Sequence record: OM728297.1
Length of the DNA: 40,000 nucleotides
Origin: Bacillus phage vB_BsuM-Goe21
Strand: one strand, 5' to 3'
Part shown: one piece after another, positions 16,713 to 25,652 of the stretch
Layout of the letters: each line of letters starts with the position of its first letter
Numbering within the stretch: position 1 is the first letter of the stretch
The notes under the pieces: generated by a model
Told to the model about the DNA's origin: nothing
The model's database searches: none
Seen by the model: the letters and a program-made list of their open reading frames with translations, nothing else
Program-made: the position numbers and the translations under genes

Positions 16713-18203
16713 GTGATCAGTAATTTTAGAAAGTTTCATGGTAATAAGAATCAAGAAAAATTTAATGAAAATCTTATTCTTAATAAGGAAAATGAAAGTA
16801 TTTTAAATTATTTAGATCCTATTTGTAAAACGTTGGAGATCATCCCAGAGATTACATATCTTGGATCATCTGTAGAACCAATTAATAAAGTATATAAGTT
16901 TAATAAAGAAGAGAAGACTTCTGATATTGAACGCTCAGAACTGCAATTAATTAAAATGTCCTTCCTTATTGAAAAAGATGATAAGAAAGAAGAAATAAAT
17001 AAATTTATTTATTTTCCAAAATTAATTGATTCACAGTACTTTATTATTAATGGTAATAGATATTATCCAATCTATCAATTACTTGATAGTGGTACTTATC
17101 GTACAAATAAAGCTCTCACACTTAAAACACTACTTATGCCAATTGTTCTAAGAGAAAAGAAAGAGACATTTGATGATATTAATGGTGAAACACATACAAT
17201 GTTAAATGTTGATCTTGATTTATTTAAGAGTAAAGTTCCATTCTTAATATACTTCTTCTCTAAATTTGGATTTGAAGGAACTCTTGAATATTTTGGTTTA
17301 AAATATTTAATTCATGTTTTAATGAAAGAAGACTTAGACCAATTGGATAAAGATGAACTTAATGATAATGTAATTTTTATGATTACTAAAAATATCTCCT
17401 TAGTTGTTGATAAGAATTTCTTTAGTAATAAAAATAATCAGATTATTATTGCCACATTACTTAACTGCTTTAATACTAGAATTAAAATTGATAAGATTTA
17501 TGAAAAAGATTATTGGGTGAAGAAACTCGGTGGTTACTTTACTACTAATAATAGTAATAAGCAAGAAAAAGGAGAAGGAATTATTCTTTCATTTGAACGT
17601 ATTCTTGATGAATGGACTAAGAAAATTTTGCGTACAGAGGAAAAGAATAAGGAAGATATTTATTCAGTAGTTAGATGGATGATTAATAATTATCTTGCTT
17701 TAGTAAAACAAGATAACATGAACTTGGCTAATAAGAGAATCAGACTATATGAGTATCTCTTACATCCATTACTAATCAAATTCAGTAAAGGTACTTATCG
17801 TGTTTTAAATAATCGTAATTCTAATAAGTTTGAGAAGATTAAAACGATTTTTAGTAACATCCAAGAAGGTTTCCTAGTAAAGAAAATTATCAATAATGAA
17901 TTATTACGTTATGATAATAGTGTAAATAGCATTAGTCTTTTCACGCTGATTCTAAGATATACACAATCTGGTCCACAAAGTCCTTTTAGTTCTAATAGTA
18001 CAAACAATAAACTTAGAGGACTTCATCCATCTTACTTAGGGAGATTAGGTTTAACTTCTACTTCTGCTGGTGATCCGGGAGCCAGTGGTTCTTTGACTCC
18101 TTTCTTAGAACTTCCTGAGAATAGTTATATGCATTTTACAGAAGAACCAGAAATTAATTTGAATATTGATGATATCTCAATTGATGAAGTTATTGAATCT
18201 TAA
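16713..18203 (+). CDS. DNA-directed RNA polymerase beta subunit, N-terminal half (split beta)
   Basis: IPKL..SQYFIINGNRYYPIYQ (cf. beta FIINGxER), and C-terminal LRGLHPSYLGRLGLTSTSAGDPGASGSLTPF resembling the fork/rifampicin-region [23 protein letters not shown]. Confidence 0.8.
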   Translation: MISNFRKFHGNKNQEKFNENLILNKENESILNYLDPICKTLEIIPEITYLGSSVEPINKVYKFNKEEKTSDIERSELQLIKMSFLIEKDDKKEEINKFIYFPKLIDSQYFIINGNRYYPIYQLLDSGTYRTNKALTLKTLLMPIVLREKKETFDDINGETHTMLNVDLDLFKSKVPFLIYFFSKFGFEGTLEYFGLKYLIHVLMKEDLDQLDKDELNDNVIFMITKNISLVVDKNFFSNKNNQIIIATLLNCFNTRIKIDKIYEKDYWVKKLGGYFTTNNSNKQEKGEGIILSFERILDEWTKKILRTEEKNKEDIYSVVRWMINNYLALVKQDNMNLANKRIRLYEYLLHPLLIKFSKGTYRVLNNRNSNKFEKIKTIFSNIQEGFLVKKIINNELLRYDNSVNSISLFTLILRYTQSGPQSPFSSNSTNNKLRGLHPSYLGRLGLTSTSAGDPGASGSLTPFLELPENSYMHFTEEPEINLNIDDISIDEVIES

Positions 18204-18227
18204 TTATAATATTTGGGAGGAAAAATA

Positions 18228-18446
18228 ATGAAAGATCTTATTAATGAGTTATATAGTGAAAAATGGTCGGCTGAAAATGAACTGAGTAAACAAAAAGTTC
18301 ATGTTAAAAATATTACGAATAAATTAAATAGAGAACTTATTCGTAAAGCCGCTTCTGACATTGTTAAATATTCTGATGAAGGAAAATTAGATAATTGGTC
18401 AGTAGAATTAATTATAAATGATCTTCTATCTAAGATGAGAAACTAG
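18228..18446 (+). CDS. Hypothetical small protein (track start 18213; ATG 18228 has GGGAGG SD)
   Basis: ORF MKDLINELYSEKWSAENEL... Confidence 0.65.
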   Translation: MKDLINELYSEKWSAENELSKQKVHVKNITNKLNRELIRKAASDIVKYSDEGKLDNWSVELIINDLLSKMRN

Positions 18447-18455
18447 ATAATACAA

Positions 18456-18490
18456 AAAGCCATACTAATTAGTATGGCTTTATTTTTTTA
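18456..18490 (+). terminator. Intrinsic terminator
   Basis: AAAGCCATACTAA TTAGTATGGCTTT then ATTTTTTT. Confidence 0.9.
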
Positions 18491-18508
18491 AAGGGAGAGC
18501 ATTAAAAA

Positions 18509-18904
18509 ATGAAAAAAGAAGGAAAACTTATTATTATAACTGGTGATTTAACTTATAGATCTGCTTATTCTTTATTTCCCGCATTTAATAATATTATTGA
18601 TTTAAATTCATTTCATCCTTTGCAATTTAAAGAATGTTTATTAGATATACTTGAGAGCATTAAAAATGGTTCAGAAATTCTTTTAATAATTAATAGTGAT
18701 GTTGCTATTAGTATTCTTAATAACATTCTTATTACTGATAGTAAAAATTATCCTCTAAATATAATAAAATTATATGAAATAAATAAGTTTGAAATGAAAG
18801 AAATTAGTTTTGGAAAATTAGGTTATGAAATTGAATGGATGAATGGTTTCTTAAATAACCTATTTGAAGAAACATTAGAAATTCAAGAAAAAATTAGTGA
18901 ATAG
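18509..18904 (+). CDS. Hypothetical protein
   Basis: ORF with GGGAG SD. Confidence 0.7.
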   Translation: MKKEGKLIIITGDLTYRSAYSLFPAFNNIIDLNSFHPLQFKECLLDILESIKNGSEILLIINSDVAISILNNILITDSKNYPLNIIKLYEINKFEMKEISFGKLGYEIEWMNGFLNNLFEETLEIQEKISE

Positions 18905-18988
18905 TTATTTACCGTATTAAAAATATTTTTCAAGCATATATTATATTCCTGTAATACCAGACTATTTAAAAGAGGAGGAATATAATAT

Positions 18989-19333
18989 ATGCCTAACACC
19001 AAATCAGAACTGACAGAATTCAAAGATCCTCTACTGGTCACGAATCATTTCACAAAAGAAAAACGAATTTTTCTAAGAAAGACGCTTGGTGAAGATTATA
19101 GTATCCTAAGTAGCTCTGAACTTATTAATGAAATCGATAATGATCCATTAGAATTTCTTGATAGAAAGGGGGTTAATAAATACGATTTGGTAATATTTGA
19201 TACTGGTAGTAATATAAATGAAAAAATTCTAGACACAGTTTCCTCAAAACCACTAACTCTTCAAAGAACCACAAAAACTACTCCATCATTCAAGCTTCTA
19301 GAATTTCATAATGATAAATTTAATATAATTTAA
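18989..19333 (+). CDS. Hypothetical protein
   Basis: ORF with GAGGAGG SD. Confidence 0.7.
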   Translation: MPNTKSELTEFKDPLLVTNHFTKEKRIFLRKTLGEDYSILSSSELINEIDNDPLEFLDRKGVNKYDLVIFDTGSNINEKILDTVSSKPLTLQRTTKTTPSFKLLEFHNDKFNII

Positions 19334-19336
19334 AAT

Positions 19337-19366
19337 AAAAGGATAATCTTAGTGATTATCCTTTTT
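19337..19366 (+). terminator. Intrinsic terminator
   Basis: AAAAGGATAATC / GATTATCCTTTT + T. Confidence 0.85.
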
Positions 19367-19400
19367 ACATATTCAAAGATTTTAATGGGGGAATATTGGA

Positions 19401-19727
19401 ATGGATATTAATGGTAGAGTAATATTAGCCGCAATTGCGGTTATTGTGGGAGGTACAGTATTAATTAGTATAATACCTTTCTCAAGCTTTATAATTATTG
19501 CATGTATAATAGGAGCTGTAATACCTTGGATTCTTCCTAGAAGGAATGAACAAATTCAACAATACAACCAAGAACAAGAGTATTATATAAAATTAGAAGA
19601 AGAGAATTTAAAACTTAGAGAACAGTTAAACCTAGAAGAAGAAAACCTAAGATTAAAAGAAAGATTAAAACTAGAGGAAGAAAATCTAAAACTAAGAGAA
19701 GAATTAGAAAAATTAAAGGAGAAATAA
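19401..19727 (+). CDS. Membrane-anchored coiled-coil protein
   Basis: Two N-terminal hydrophobic segments then LEEENLKLREQLN-type repeats. Confidence 0.75.
   Translation: MDINGRVILAAIAVIVGGTVLISIIPFSSFIIIACIIGAVIPWILPRRNEQIQQYNQEQEYYIKLEEENLKLREQLNLEEENLRLKERLKLEEENLKLREELEKLKEK
19593..19709 (+). repeat. Three 39-nt (13-aa) imperfect tandem repeats inside CDS
   Basis: LEEENLKLREQLN / LEEENLRLKERLK / LEEENLKLREELE. Confidence 0.85.
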
Positions 19728-19729
19728 AA

Positions 19730-20446
19730 ATGAAATTAACAGAAATTAAAAAAGAAGATAAAATTATATTGGTTGAAAAATGCAAAGAATTACTTAATCT
19801 AAAAGATGCTAAACTCCCAGATGAGTATTATTATTCCAGTCTTCCTTTATGTGTAATTGACTCTATCTTTTCTATTAATTCCAATTATACAAGTGTGAAA
19901 AATGTAATTAAACGTTATTGCACTTATTTTAATATTAACCCATTAAGAGAAAGTAGTTCATTCCCTAGTACATCTAATCAGTTATCTGTAAAAAGTTTTA
20001 TTGATTCTTATGAAAAAATAGGGGTAGATTTTTACACTCAAAAAATCTTTAATAATAGGCAACGAACTTCAGCAGTTAATGGAATATTAAAATCTGAAGC
20101 CGTTTATGAGTTTTGTAAAGTTCTAAATAAGTATAATATTAATTATTTTCAAGATGTAAAAAACATATATGGTAATAAAGAATTTGAAAAAGATATTAGA
20201 AATATTAAGGGACAAGGAAAAGGAGTCTCTTTATTATACTTCCTTATGCTTTCTGGTGAAGAAGATAAAATAAAACCAGATAGAATGATAATCCGCTTTC
20301 TTGAAGAGATACTTCAAAGAAAGATTAATATAGATGAATCACAAATATTACTTAAAGAAGCATCAGTAGTACTATCAAAAGAATATCCAAATTTGAGTCC
20401 AAGATTATTGGATTATACAATTTGGGAATATGCTAGGGGAAATTAA
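19730..20446 (+). CDS. Hypothetical protein
   Basis: Long ORF, AAGGAG SD in preceding CDS end. Confidence 0.75.
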   Translation: MKLTEIKKEDKIILVEKCKELLNLKDAKLPDEYYYSSLPLCVIDSIFSINSNYTSVKNVIKRYCTYFNINPLRESSSFPSTSNQLSVKSFIDSYEKIGVDFYTQKIFNNRQRTSAVNGILKSEAVYEFCKVLNKYNINYFQDVKNIYGNKEFEKDIRNIKGQGKGVSLLYFLMLSGEEDKIKPDRMIIRFLEEILQRKINIDESQILLKEASVVLSKEYPNLSPRLLDYTIWEYARGN

Positions 20447-20473
20447 AAACCATAATTTCACTATGGTTTTTAA
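20445..20473 (+). terminator. Intrinsic terminator
   Basis: AAAAACCATA / TATGGTTTTT. Confidence 0.75.
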
Positions 20474-20508
20474 TATAAATTCAATAATTATAGAAAGAGG
20501 AGATTTAG

Positions 20509-20805
20509 GTGTACAAAAACGCAAAAGATCTAAGAGAATTAGCACTCAAAAAATTAGACTTAAGATTGAATGAGATTATTGATGATTTTGTTTTTCCTGC
20601 TTTGAATGATGCCGCTAATAAAGGAAAAATGTCAATAAAATTTACTAGAAATAATTATTATGATTTTCTAAAAGATAGTGAGGACTATGAAAAGTTTCAA
20701 TTAATTTTTGAAAATCAAAAATTATTTAAAGAGAAACTTTCTGAACATGGTTTAACGTTTATAGATGATTCAACATTAACGTCTATCACAGTCTCTTGGC
20801 AATAA
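20509..20805 (+). CDS. Hypothetical protein
   Basis: ORF with GAGG-type SD. Confidence 0.7.
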   Translation: MYKNAKDLRELALKKLDLRLNEIIDDFVFPALNDAANKGKMSIKFTRNNYYDFLKDSEDYEKFQLIFENQKLFKEKLSEHGLTFIDDSTLTSITVSWQ

Positions 20806-20808
20806 ATT

Positions 20809-20846
20809 AAAAGACATTATAAGGGAATTCCCTTATAATGTCTTTT
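20809..20846. terminator. Bidirectional terminator, perfect 38-bp palindrome
   Basis: AAAAGACATTATAAGGGAA TTCCCTTATAATGTCTTTT between convergent genes. Confidence 0.85.
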
Positions 20847-20847
20847 C

Positions 20848-21540
20848 CTAATAGATATATAATTTTTTTCTATTTGCTTGTTTTGCTACATTCTGTCTCC
20901 ACTTATCTAATAACTCTTGTTTTCTATCTGTTGCTTCTTGTAATTCATCCACAAATAATTCAATATTGCCAAATGCAGTTTGGAGGTTTGCAAACCGTTT
21001 TCTAATTTGATATAATACTTCTTTCGTGTCGTATAATGCTAATTTTAGAAATTCAGTTTGAAGGTTAGTTGGAATTGTACCAAAATGATCTGGATGGACA
21101 ACATTTAATAAAAGCTTTGTTTTTCTAATAGTGTATAAAGCAGGGGTTATAGTAATAATATTTGGATAAGTAAATTGGTAAGTCATTGGGTTTCTATTCA
21201 TTGATGATAGATCAGCTTGTATTTGTCTACTCACAGGATCAATCATATTATTACTATAAGGTACTAATTCTGCACCAAAGTATCTAGTTGTATTATCATA
21301 CATTCTTGCTACGTTTAATATATTATAATCAGTATTAATATAATATTGGTTTCCAGTTCCTTCAACTTTATCTTCATTTGATATAATAGCTTCAATTTGA
21401 TAAGGGAAAAAATTACTAAATGTAACTAATGTTTCTTCTTTAATATTATCAATAATTTCATCTGGGTCCATTTCAAGTTCATTAAATTTATAACCTAATT
21501 TTTTTTCTATGAACCGAAGGATATAGGTACTAGACAACAT
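20848..21540 (-). CDS. Hypothetical protein, probable virion/head-tail component by context
   Basis: Minus-strand ORF in the protease cluster. Confidence 0.7.
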   Translation of the reverse strand: MLSSTYILRFIEKKLGYKFNELEMDPDEIIDNIKEETLVTFSNFFPYQIEAIISNEDKVEGTGNQYYINTDYNILNVARMYDNTTRYFGAELVPYSNNMIDPVSRQIQADLSSMNRNPMTYQFTYPNIITITPALYTIRKTKLLLNVVHPDHFGTIPTNLQTEFLKLALYDTKEVLYQIRKRFANLQTAFGNIELFVDELQEATDRKQELLDKWRQNVAKQANRKKLYIY

Positions 21541-21560
21541 ATTATCAATCCTCTCTTTTA

Positions 21561-21803
21561 TTAACTGGTAGAACTAATAAAGTCTACATCCTTCTTAGGA
21601 ATATCTTCAATTTTTGAATAGCGCTTACTCATAGCTCTATGAGTATAGCAATAGTACTCTCCATCTTTATTTTTAGCAAAACTACATTCAGTTTTTCCAA
21701 ATTTATTTTCAATATATTCCTTCTCTTTTGGAGTCAAAGGAATATGCTGAATTGCTTCAATTAATAATAAACTTTCACAAATCATCTTATACTTTTTATC
21801 CAT
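21561..21803 (-). CDS. Hypothetical small protein with N-terminal CESLLLIEA motif
   Basis: Minus-strand ORF with GGAGG SD; sits between protease and 20848 ORF. Confidence 0.7.
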   Translation of the reverse strand: MDKKYKMICESLLLIEAIQHIPLTPKEKEYIENKFGKTECSFAKNKDGEYYCYTHRAMSKRYSKIEDIPKKDVDFISSTS

Positions 21804-21825
21804 AATGCCCTCCTATAATTTAATA

Positions 21826-21851
21826 TGGTTACTCTATAATTAGAGTAACCA
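21826..21851 (-). terminator. Hairpin after protease gene, possible weak terminator
   Basis: TGGTTACTCTA / TAGAGTAACCA; no strong T run on the minus strand. Confidence 0.5.
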
Positions 21852-21857
21852 CTTATT

Positions 21858-22664
21858 TTAAAATTGAATTAAAAGGAAATTATCAATTTCTTTTTTAATT
21901 TCATCTTCAATAAATAAAACAGCTTTACCATCTTCAGTATTGAAGCTAACTGTTTTACCATCTTCACCTAATTTGGCAGTTCTTTCATCTAAACCAAGAT
22001 GATCAACTGTTGTTTTAATATTTTGACTCTCTTCCTTGATGTAATTAAGGATTTCATCTTGAGCCACTGACACCATTAGACCTTCATTAAGAATTCTCTT
22101 ATTCATAGGATGAATAGCATCTTCTTTAATAATATTTGTCTGATAGGCATTAGAATGAGAAGGGAAGATTACCCAATCCCAAGTAACAATGTGAAGAGGT
22201 TTTTCAACTCGTGTTAGTCCATTCACTTTACGAGTAACACCACCAAGACCTCTCATTGAAAATGCTACTTCAGTACCTTGTCTAATTAAACCTTCCATAT
22301 CTTTACCAACGGCAGTGTTAGTAGTTGCTACCACACCTTTTAGTAATTTTTGTTCCCACCATAATTTCTCAATAACATGAGACATTCTAGTTTGATCAAT
22401 GTATGTCTGTCTTTCCATTTTATCAGACAATGGATGTCCGGCTTCCCCAAATAATGATTTACGTCTTAACTTTTCTTGAATTTGAGGAGAACGAATAGCA
22501 CCATCTAATGCTTCAAATGCATATTCCCTTCTATTTCTATTACCAGCTTCTGCCTCTTGAAGAATAGCTTCAATTACAACATTATCTTTATTATGCTCAA
22601 TAATATTAGGTTTAACTGGTTCTGATGTAGATTCAATAATTAGAAAACCACAATTTTGATCCAT
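21858..22664 (-). CDS. Prohead core protease (T4 gp21-like serine protease)
   Basis: NRRxY...LRRKSLFGEAGHP (catalytic His context) and GTEVAFSMRGLGGV (catalytic Ser context); next to MCP. Confidence 0.88.
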   Translation of the reverse strand: MDQNCGFLIIESTSEPVKPNIIEHNKDNVVIEAILQEAEAGNRNRREYAFEALDGAIRSPQIQEKLRRKSLFGEAGHPLSDKMERQTYIDQTRMSHVIEKLWWEQKLLKGVVATTNTAVGKDMEGLIRQGTEVAFSMRGLGGVTRKVNGLTRVEKPLHIVTWDWVIFPSHSNAYQTNIIKEDAIHPMNKRILNEGLMVSVAQDEILNYIKEESQNIKTTVDHLGLDERTAKLGEDGKTVSFNTEDGKAVLFIEDEIKKEIDNFLLIQF

Positions 22665-22771
22665 TATTTAGCCGCCTTTCTAATAACTTAATTAAATTTA
22701 TTAATTATATGTTTTCTAATAAAAAACATATAATTAAGTTAAATCATAATATTAAAAGGAGGTACATCAAA

Positions 22772-23230
22772 ATGTTATCCAAATATGAGTCATTATTATT
22801 AGTTGAACATGAAGAATTTGATTCATATAGAGAAGAATATTTTCTATTAAAAGAAGGTTTAGCAACTGATGTCGATAAGACTACTAAAGGTATATTTAAT
22901 ATAATTAAAAAACTCCATTCCTCTAGTGATGATAGATTAATTGAAAATATGCCAGATTTTTCTAGACTATTAACACGTTGTATCATTATTGGAAGTATTG
23001 CCGTTATCAGTCCTGTTATTGGTCTTATTACTTTATATACTAGTTCAGTTATTAGAAGACGTAATGATGCTAATAGAAGAGAAAAATTAATTCATCTTTA
23101 TTCTAGTAAATTAGAATATATTGAAGACCGATTAACTAGAGAATCAGATGAAAAGAAAAGACAAAATATGATTAAAATGAAAAATAAATTAAAAAGTGAC
23201 TTAGATAAACTAAAAGTCATTAAAGATTAA
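22772..23230 (+). CDS. Membrane-containing small virion candidate with N-terminal ESLLLVEHEEF...FLLKEG (track start 22709; ATG 22772 has AAAAGGAGG SD)
   Basis: ORF; TM segment CIIIGSIAVISPVIGLITLY. Confidence 0.75.
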   Translation: MLSKYESLLLVEHEEFDSYREEYFLLKEGLATDVDKTTKGIFNIIKKLHSSSDDRLIENMPDFSRLLTRCIIIGSIAVISPVIGLITLYTSSVIRRRNDANRREKLIHLYSSKLEYIEDRLTRESDEKKRQNMIKMKNKLKSDLDKLKVIKD

Positions 23231-23249
23231 ATGAAGGGAGTGTATATAT

Positions 23250-23879
23250 GTGACAGATTTTGATACCCTTCTAATTGATTTTAATAAAAAATTAATGGAA
23301 GATACAAAACATAATAATAATTTTTTCCTTAAAGAAGATGAAGACGATGATGATGTAGGTATGGATAGTCTTGAAGACTTATCTGTTGGACACTCTAATG
23401 ACCCTGCTCATCCAGAAGATGAAACAGATAGTAAATCTGAAGAAACTAATGATGGCAATCCACCAGAATCTTTAGACGATGGAGATGATAGTTCAAATCC
23501 TTCAGATGGAGATCCTGATGGTCAAGGAGATGAATCAGGAGATTTAGATAGTGAACAAGATGATAGTCCTACTGATAATGATAAAAAATTACAATTGTAT
23601 AAGTCATATAAGACAATTTACACATCTATCGATAATTTTTTAGATAAAGTTTCATCTTATAAGGAATATTTAGATACAGAAGAAAATAAGAGTAAGAATT
23701 ATGAACTTGTTGAATATATCGAAGATAAATTATATAATCTAAAAGATAGTACCAAAATTATGTTAACTGACAAAATTAAGACAATGGATTATGAAAAAGT
23801 AAAAACTGTTTTCGTATATACAAAAAGTGAAATTAACTTACTGGTCAACCTATTTAACAAATTTTCTTCTTCCAAGTAA
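23250..23879 (+). CDS. Highly acidic protein, scaffold/prohead-core candidate
   Basis: Acidic low-complexity central region, position between protease and MCP, N-terminal FFLKEDE motif. Confidence 0.6.
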   Translation: MTDFDTLLIDFNKKLMEDTKHNNNFFLKEDEDDDDVGMDSLEDLSVGHSNDPAHPEDETDSKSEETNDGNPPESLDDGDDSSNPSDGDPDGQGDESGDLDSEQDDSPTDNDKKLQLYKSYKTIYTSIDNFLDKVSSYKEYLDTEENKSKNYELVEYIEDKLYNLKDSTKIMLTDKIKTMDYEKVKTVFVYTKSEINLLVNLFNKFSSSK

Positions 23880-23915
23880 TAAACAATTTAATAGTAAAAA
23901 AATTATAAATCAATT

Positions 23916-23968
23916 TATTAGATTTTATATTAGAGAGATCTAAACAAAAAATTATTAAAATCTAATAA
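23916..23968 (+). other. Long stem-loop in the capsid gene 5' leader
   Basis: TTATTAGATTTTA / TAAAATCTAATAA (13-bp) with an AGATCT motif in the loop, just before the SD. Confidence 0.55.
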
Positions 23969-23990
23969 TTAAGAAAAGGAGTAATGATCA

Positions 23991-25586
23991 ATGTCCGTAG
24001 AATATCGAACTAATCATTCAACTGGAACAACTGATGAATTCAGTCAAACATTAAAAGAAAGTCATCAATATTTCTTACAAACTCAACAAGTAAACATCCT
24101 TGGAGAAGGCTTCAGTGATGTTCTTTCTGAAGCATCCACTTTTAGTGCTTATGTAGATAAATTAGTAGAAGGCTTAGATGCAACTGAAGAAGCAGATATG
24201 CGTCAATTACTTGCAAACAACCGTCAAGCAATCCTTCAAGAGTCCGTAGTTGCAGGTATCCCTCCAATTGCGTCTCTATCTATGCCAACTATTCGTAAAA
24301 TGTGGGCTAAGATTGCATTGAAATATGCTATTCCTACTGAACCTGTTAAAACACCTGCTTTCTCTGTATCATTCTCTAAACCTTATATCATTGATTCAGT
24401 ATCAGGTGAAAAACATTATCTTCCAGAATCTCTTCGTTCTTTAGATAATGGACTTGCTGAAAAAACAAAACTTTCTTCTCAAGCTTATGAGCTACCTTTG
24501 GATAACAAAGATCTTCTTGCTGATGTAGGTGCTTCTGCACAAGCTGGAGATGCAATTGATCGCCGTTTCCATATTGTTGAAGTTGAAGTTTCTGCGGCAA
24601 GTGCAACTGGAACAGCTGAGACTGCTGAAACAGTTAAAGTAAAAGTTAACTCTAAAATTGATATTAACAACAAACTATATGCTGAAGTTAAAGCTAAACA
24701 CTCTGATGGTACTGTAACTTCTGACGTACTTATGGGTGCTGTTGATCCAGAAAAAGGTACTGTTAGCTTAGTATCTCTTCGTCAAGCAGTTAAAAAAGTT
24801 GTATTCCTTGGTTATGTATCTTCTGAGGCTCATAACAGAGCAACTAACGTATCTTTCGATATTGAACGTAGAGATATCACTATCGGAACTGGCGAACACT
24901 TAGAGGCTTCTCTACCACTTGAAATGCTAACTGATACAATGGCACTTTATCAAATTGATGGTGCTAATGAAGTGGTAGACACAATGTCTAACGTTACAGC
25001 TCAAAAAGTTGACCAAGAAATTTATAACTTTATTGATGCGGCTTTCCAATCTAACCCTACTTATATGGGTAAATTTAACGTTCATCCTGCACCTCAGTTT
25101 GCTGGAAATCCTAGAGATTGGTTGGATGGTATCAAACGAGTAATTGATTACTTTGCTCAAAAAATTAAATCTGAAACTTACTACTACCAAGGTTACTTTG
25201 TAATTGTTGGGAACCCACTTGATACTGCTTTGATTCCAAATGTTACTTGGACATTTAACCGAGTATCAGATGCTCAAAATGGTATTGAAGTAGATTACAG
25301 TATTGGAGCTGTTTCTGGTGCAAGCCGTTACACAATTGTTTCTTCTGACTTGATTCCTCAAGGCGAATTGACAATGTTCATGGTTCCACTTACTAATAAA
25401 TTTATGACGTTCAAGTACTATCCGTACACTTTCAATGTTGTACACAACTACCTGAACACTCGTAATCCTAATATTCCTTCCATTATGATGACTAAACGTC
25501 ATACCCTTGAAGAGTTCCTTCCAATGGTATGCAAAATCAAAATTGAGAACAATGATGGTACTCTTGTTTCTCAATATAATGGATAA
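23991..25586 (+). CDS. Major capsid protein
   Basis: Position next to prohead protease; N-terminal LGEGFSDVLSEAS region, long HK97-like protein; gp23-like organisation. Confidence 0.85.
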   Translation: MSVEYRTNHSTGTTDEFSQTLKESHQYFLQTQQVNILGEGFSDVLSEASTFSAYVDKLVEGLDATEEADMRQLLANNRQAILQESVVAGIPPIASLSMPTIRKMWAKIALKYAIPTEPVKTPAFSVSFSKPYIIDSVSGEKHYLPESLRSLDNGLAEKTKLSSQAYELPLDNKDLLADVGASAQAGDAIDRRFHIVEVEVSAASATGTAETAETVKVKVNSKIDINNKLYAEVKAKHSDGTVTSDVLMGAVDPEKGTVSLVSLRQAVKKVVFLGYVSSEAHNRATNVSFDIERRDITIGTGEHLEASLPLEMLTDTMALYQIDGANEVVDTMSNVTAQKVDQEIYNFIDAAFQSNPTYMGKFNVHPAPQFAGNPRDWLDGIKRVIDYFAQKIKSETYYYQGYFVIVGNPLDTALIPNVTWTFNRVSDAQNGIEVDYSIGAVSGASRYTIVSSDLIPQGELTMFMVPLTNKFMTFKYYPYTFNVVHNYLNTRNPNIPSIMMTKRHTLEEFLPMVCKIKIENNDGTLVSQYNG

Positions 25587-25593
25587 TAAATAA

Positions 25594-25637
25594 AAATATC
25601 AGTTGTGACCATAACGGTTACAACTGATATTTATTTT
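25594..25637 (+). terminator. Intrinsic terminator after MCP
   Basis: AAATATCAGTTGT / ACAACTGATATTT then ATTTT. Confidence 0.85.
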
Positions 25638-25652
25638 AAGAGGTGTAGATGT

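Noticed and set aside
22744-22986. Minus-strand 80-aa ORF
   Set aside because: Antisense to the 22772-23230 CDS.
24388-25574. Four minus-strand ORFs inside the capsid gene
   Set aside because: All antisense to the major capsid protein; lower-complexity shadow frames.
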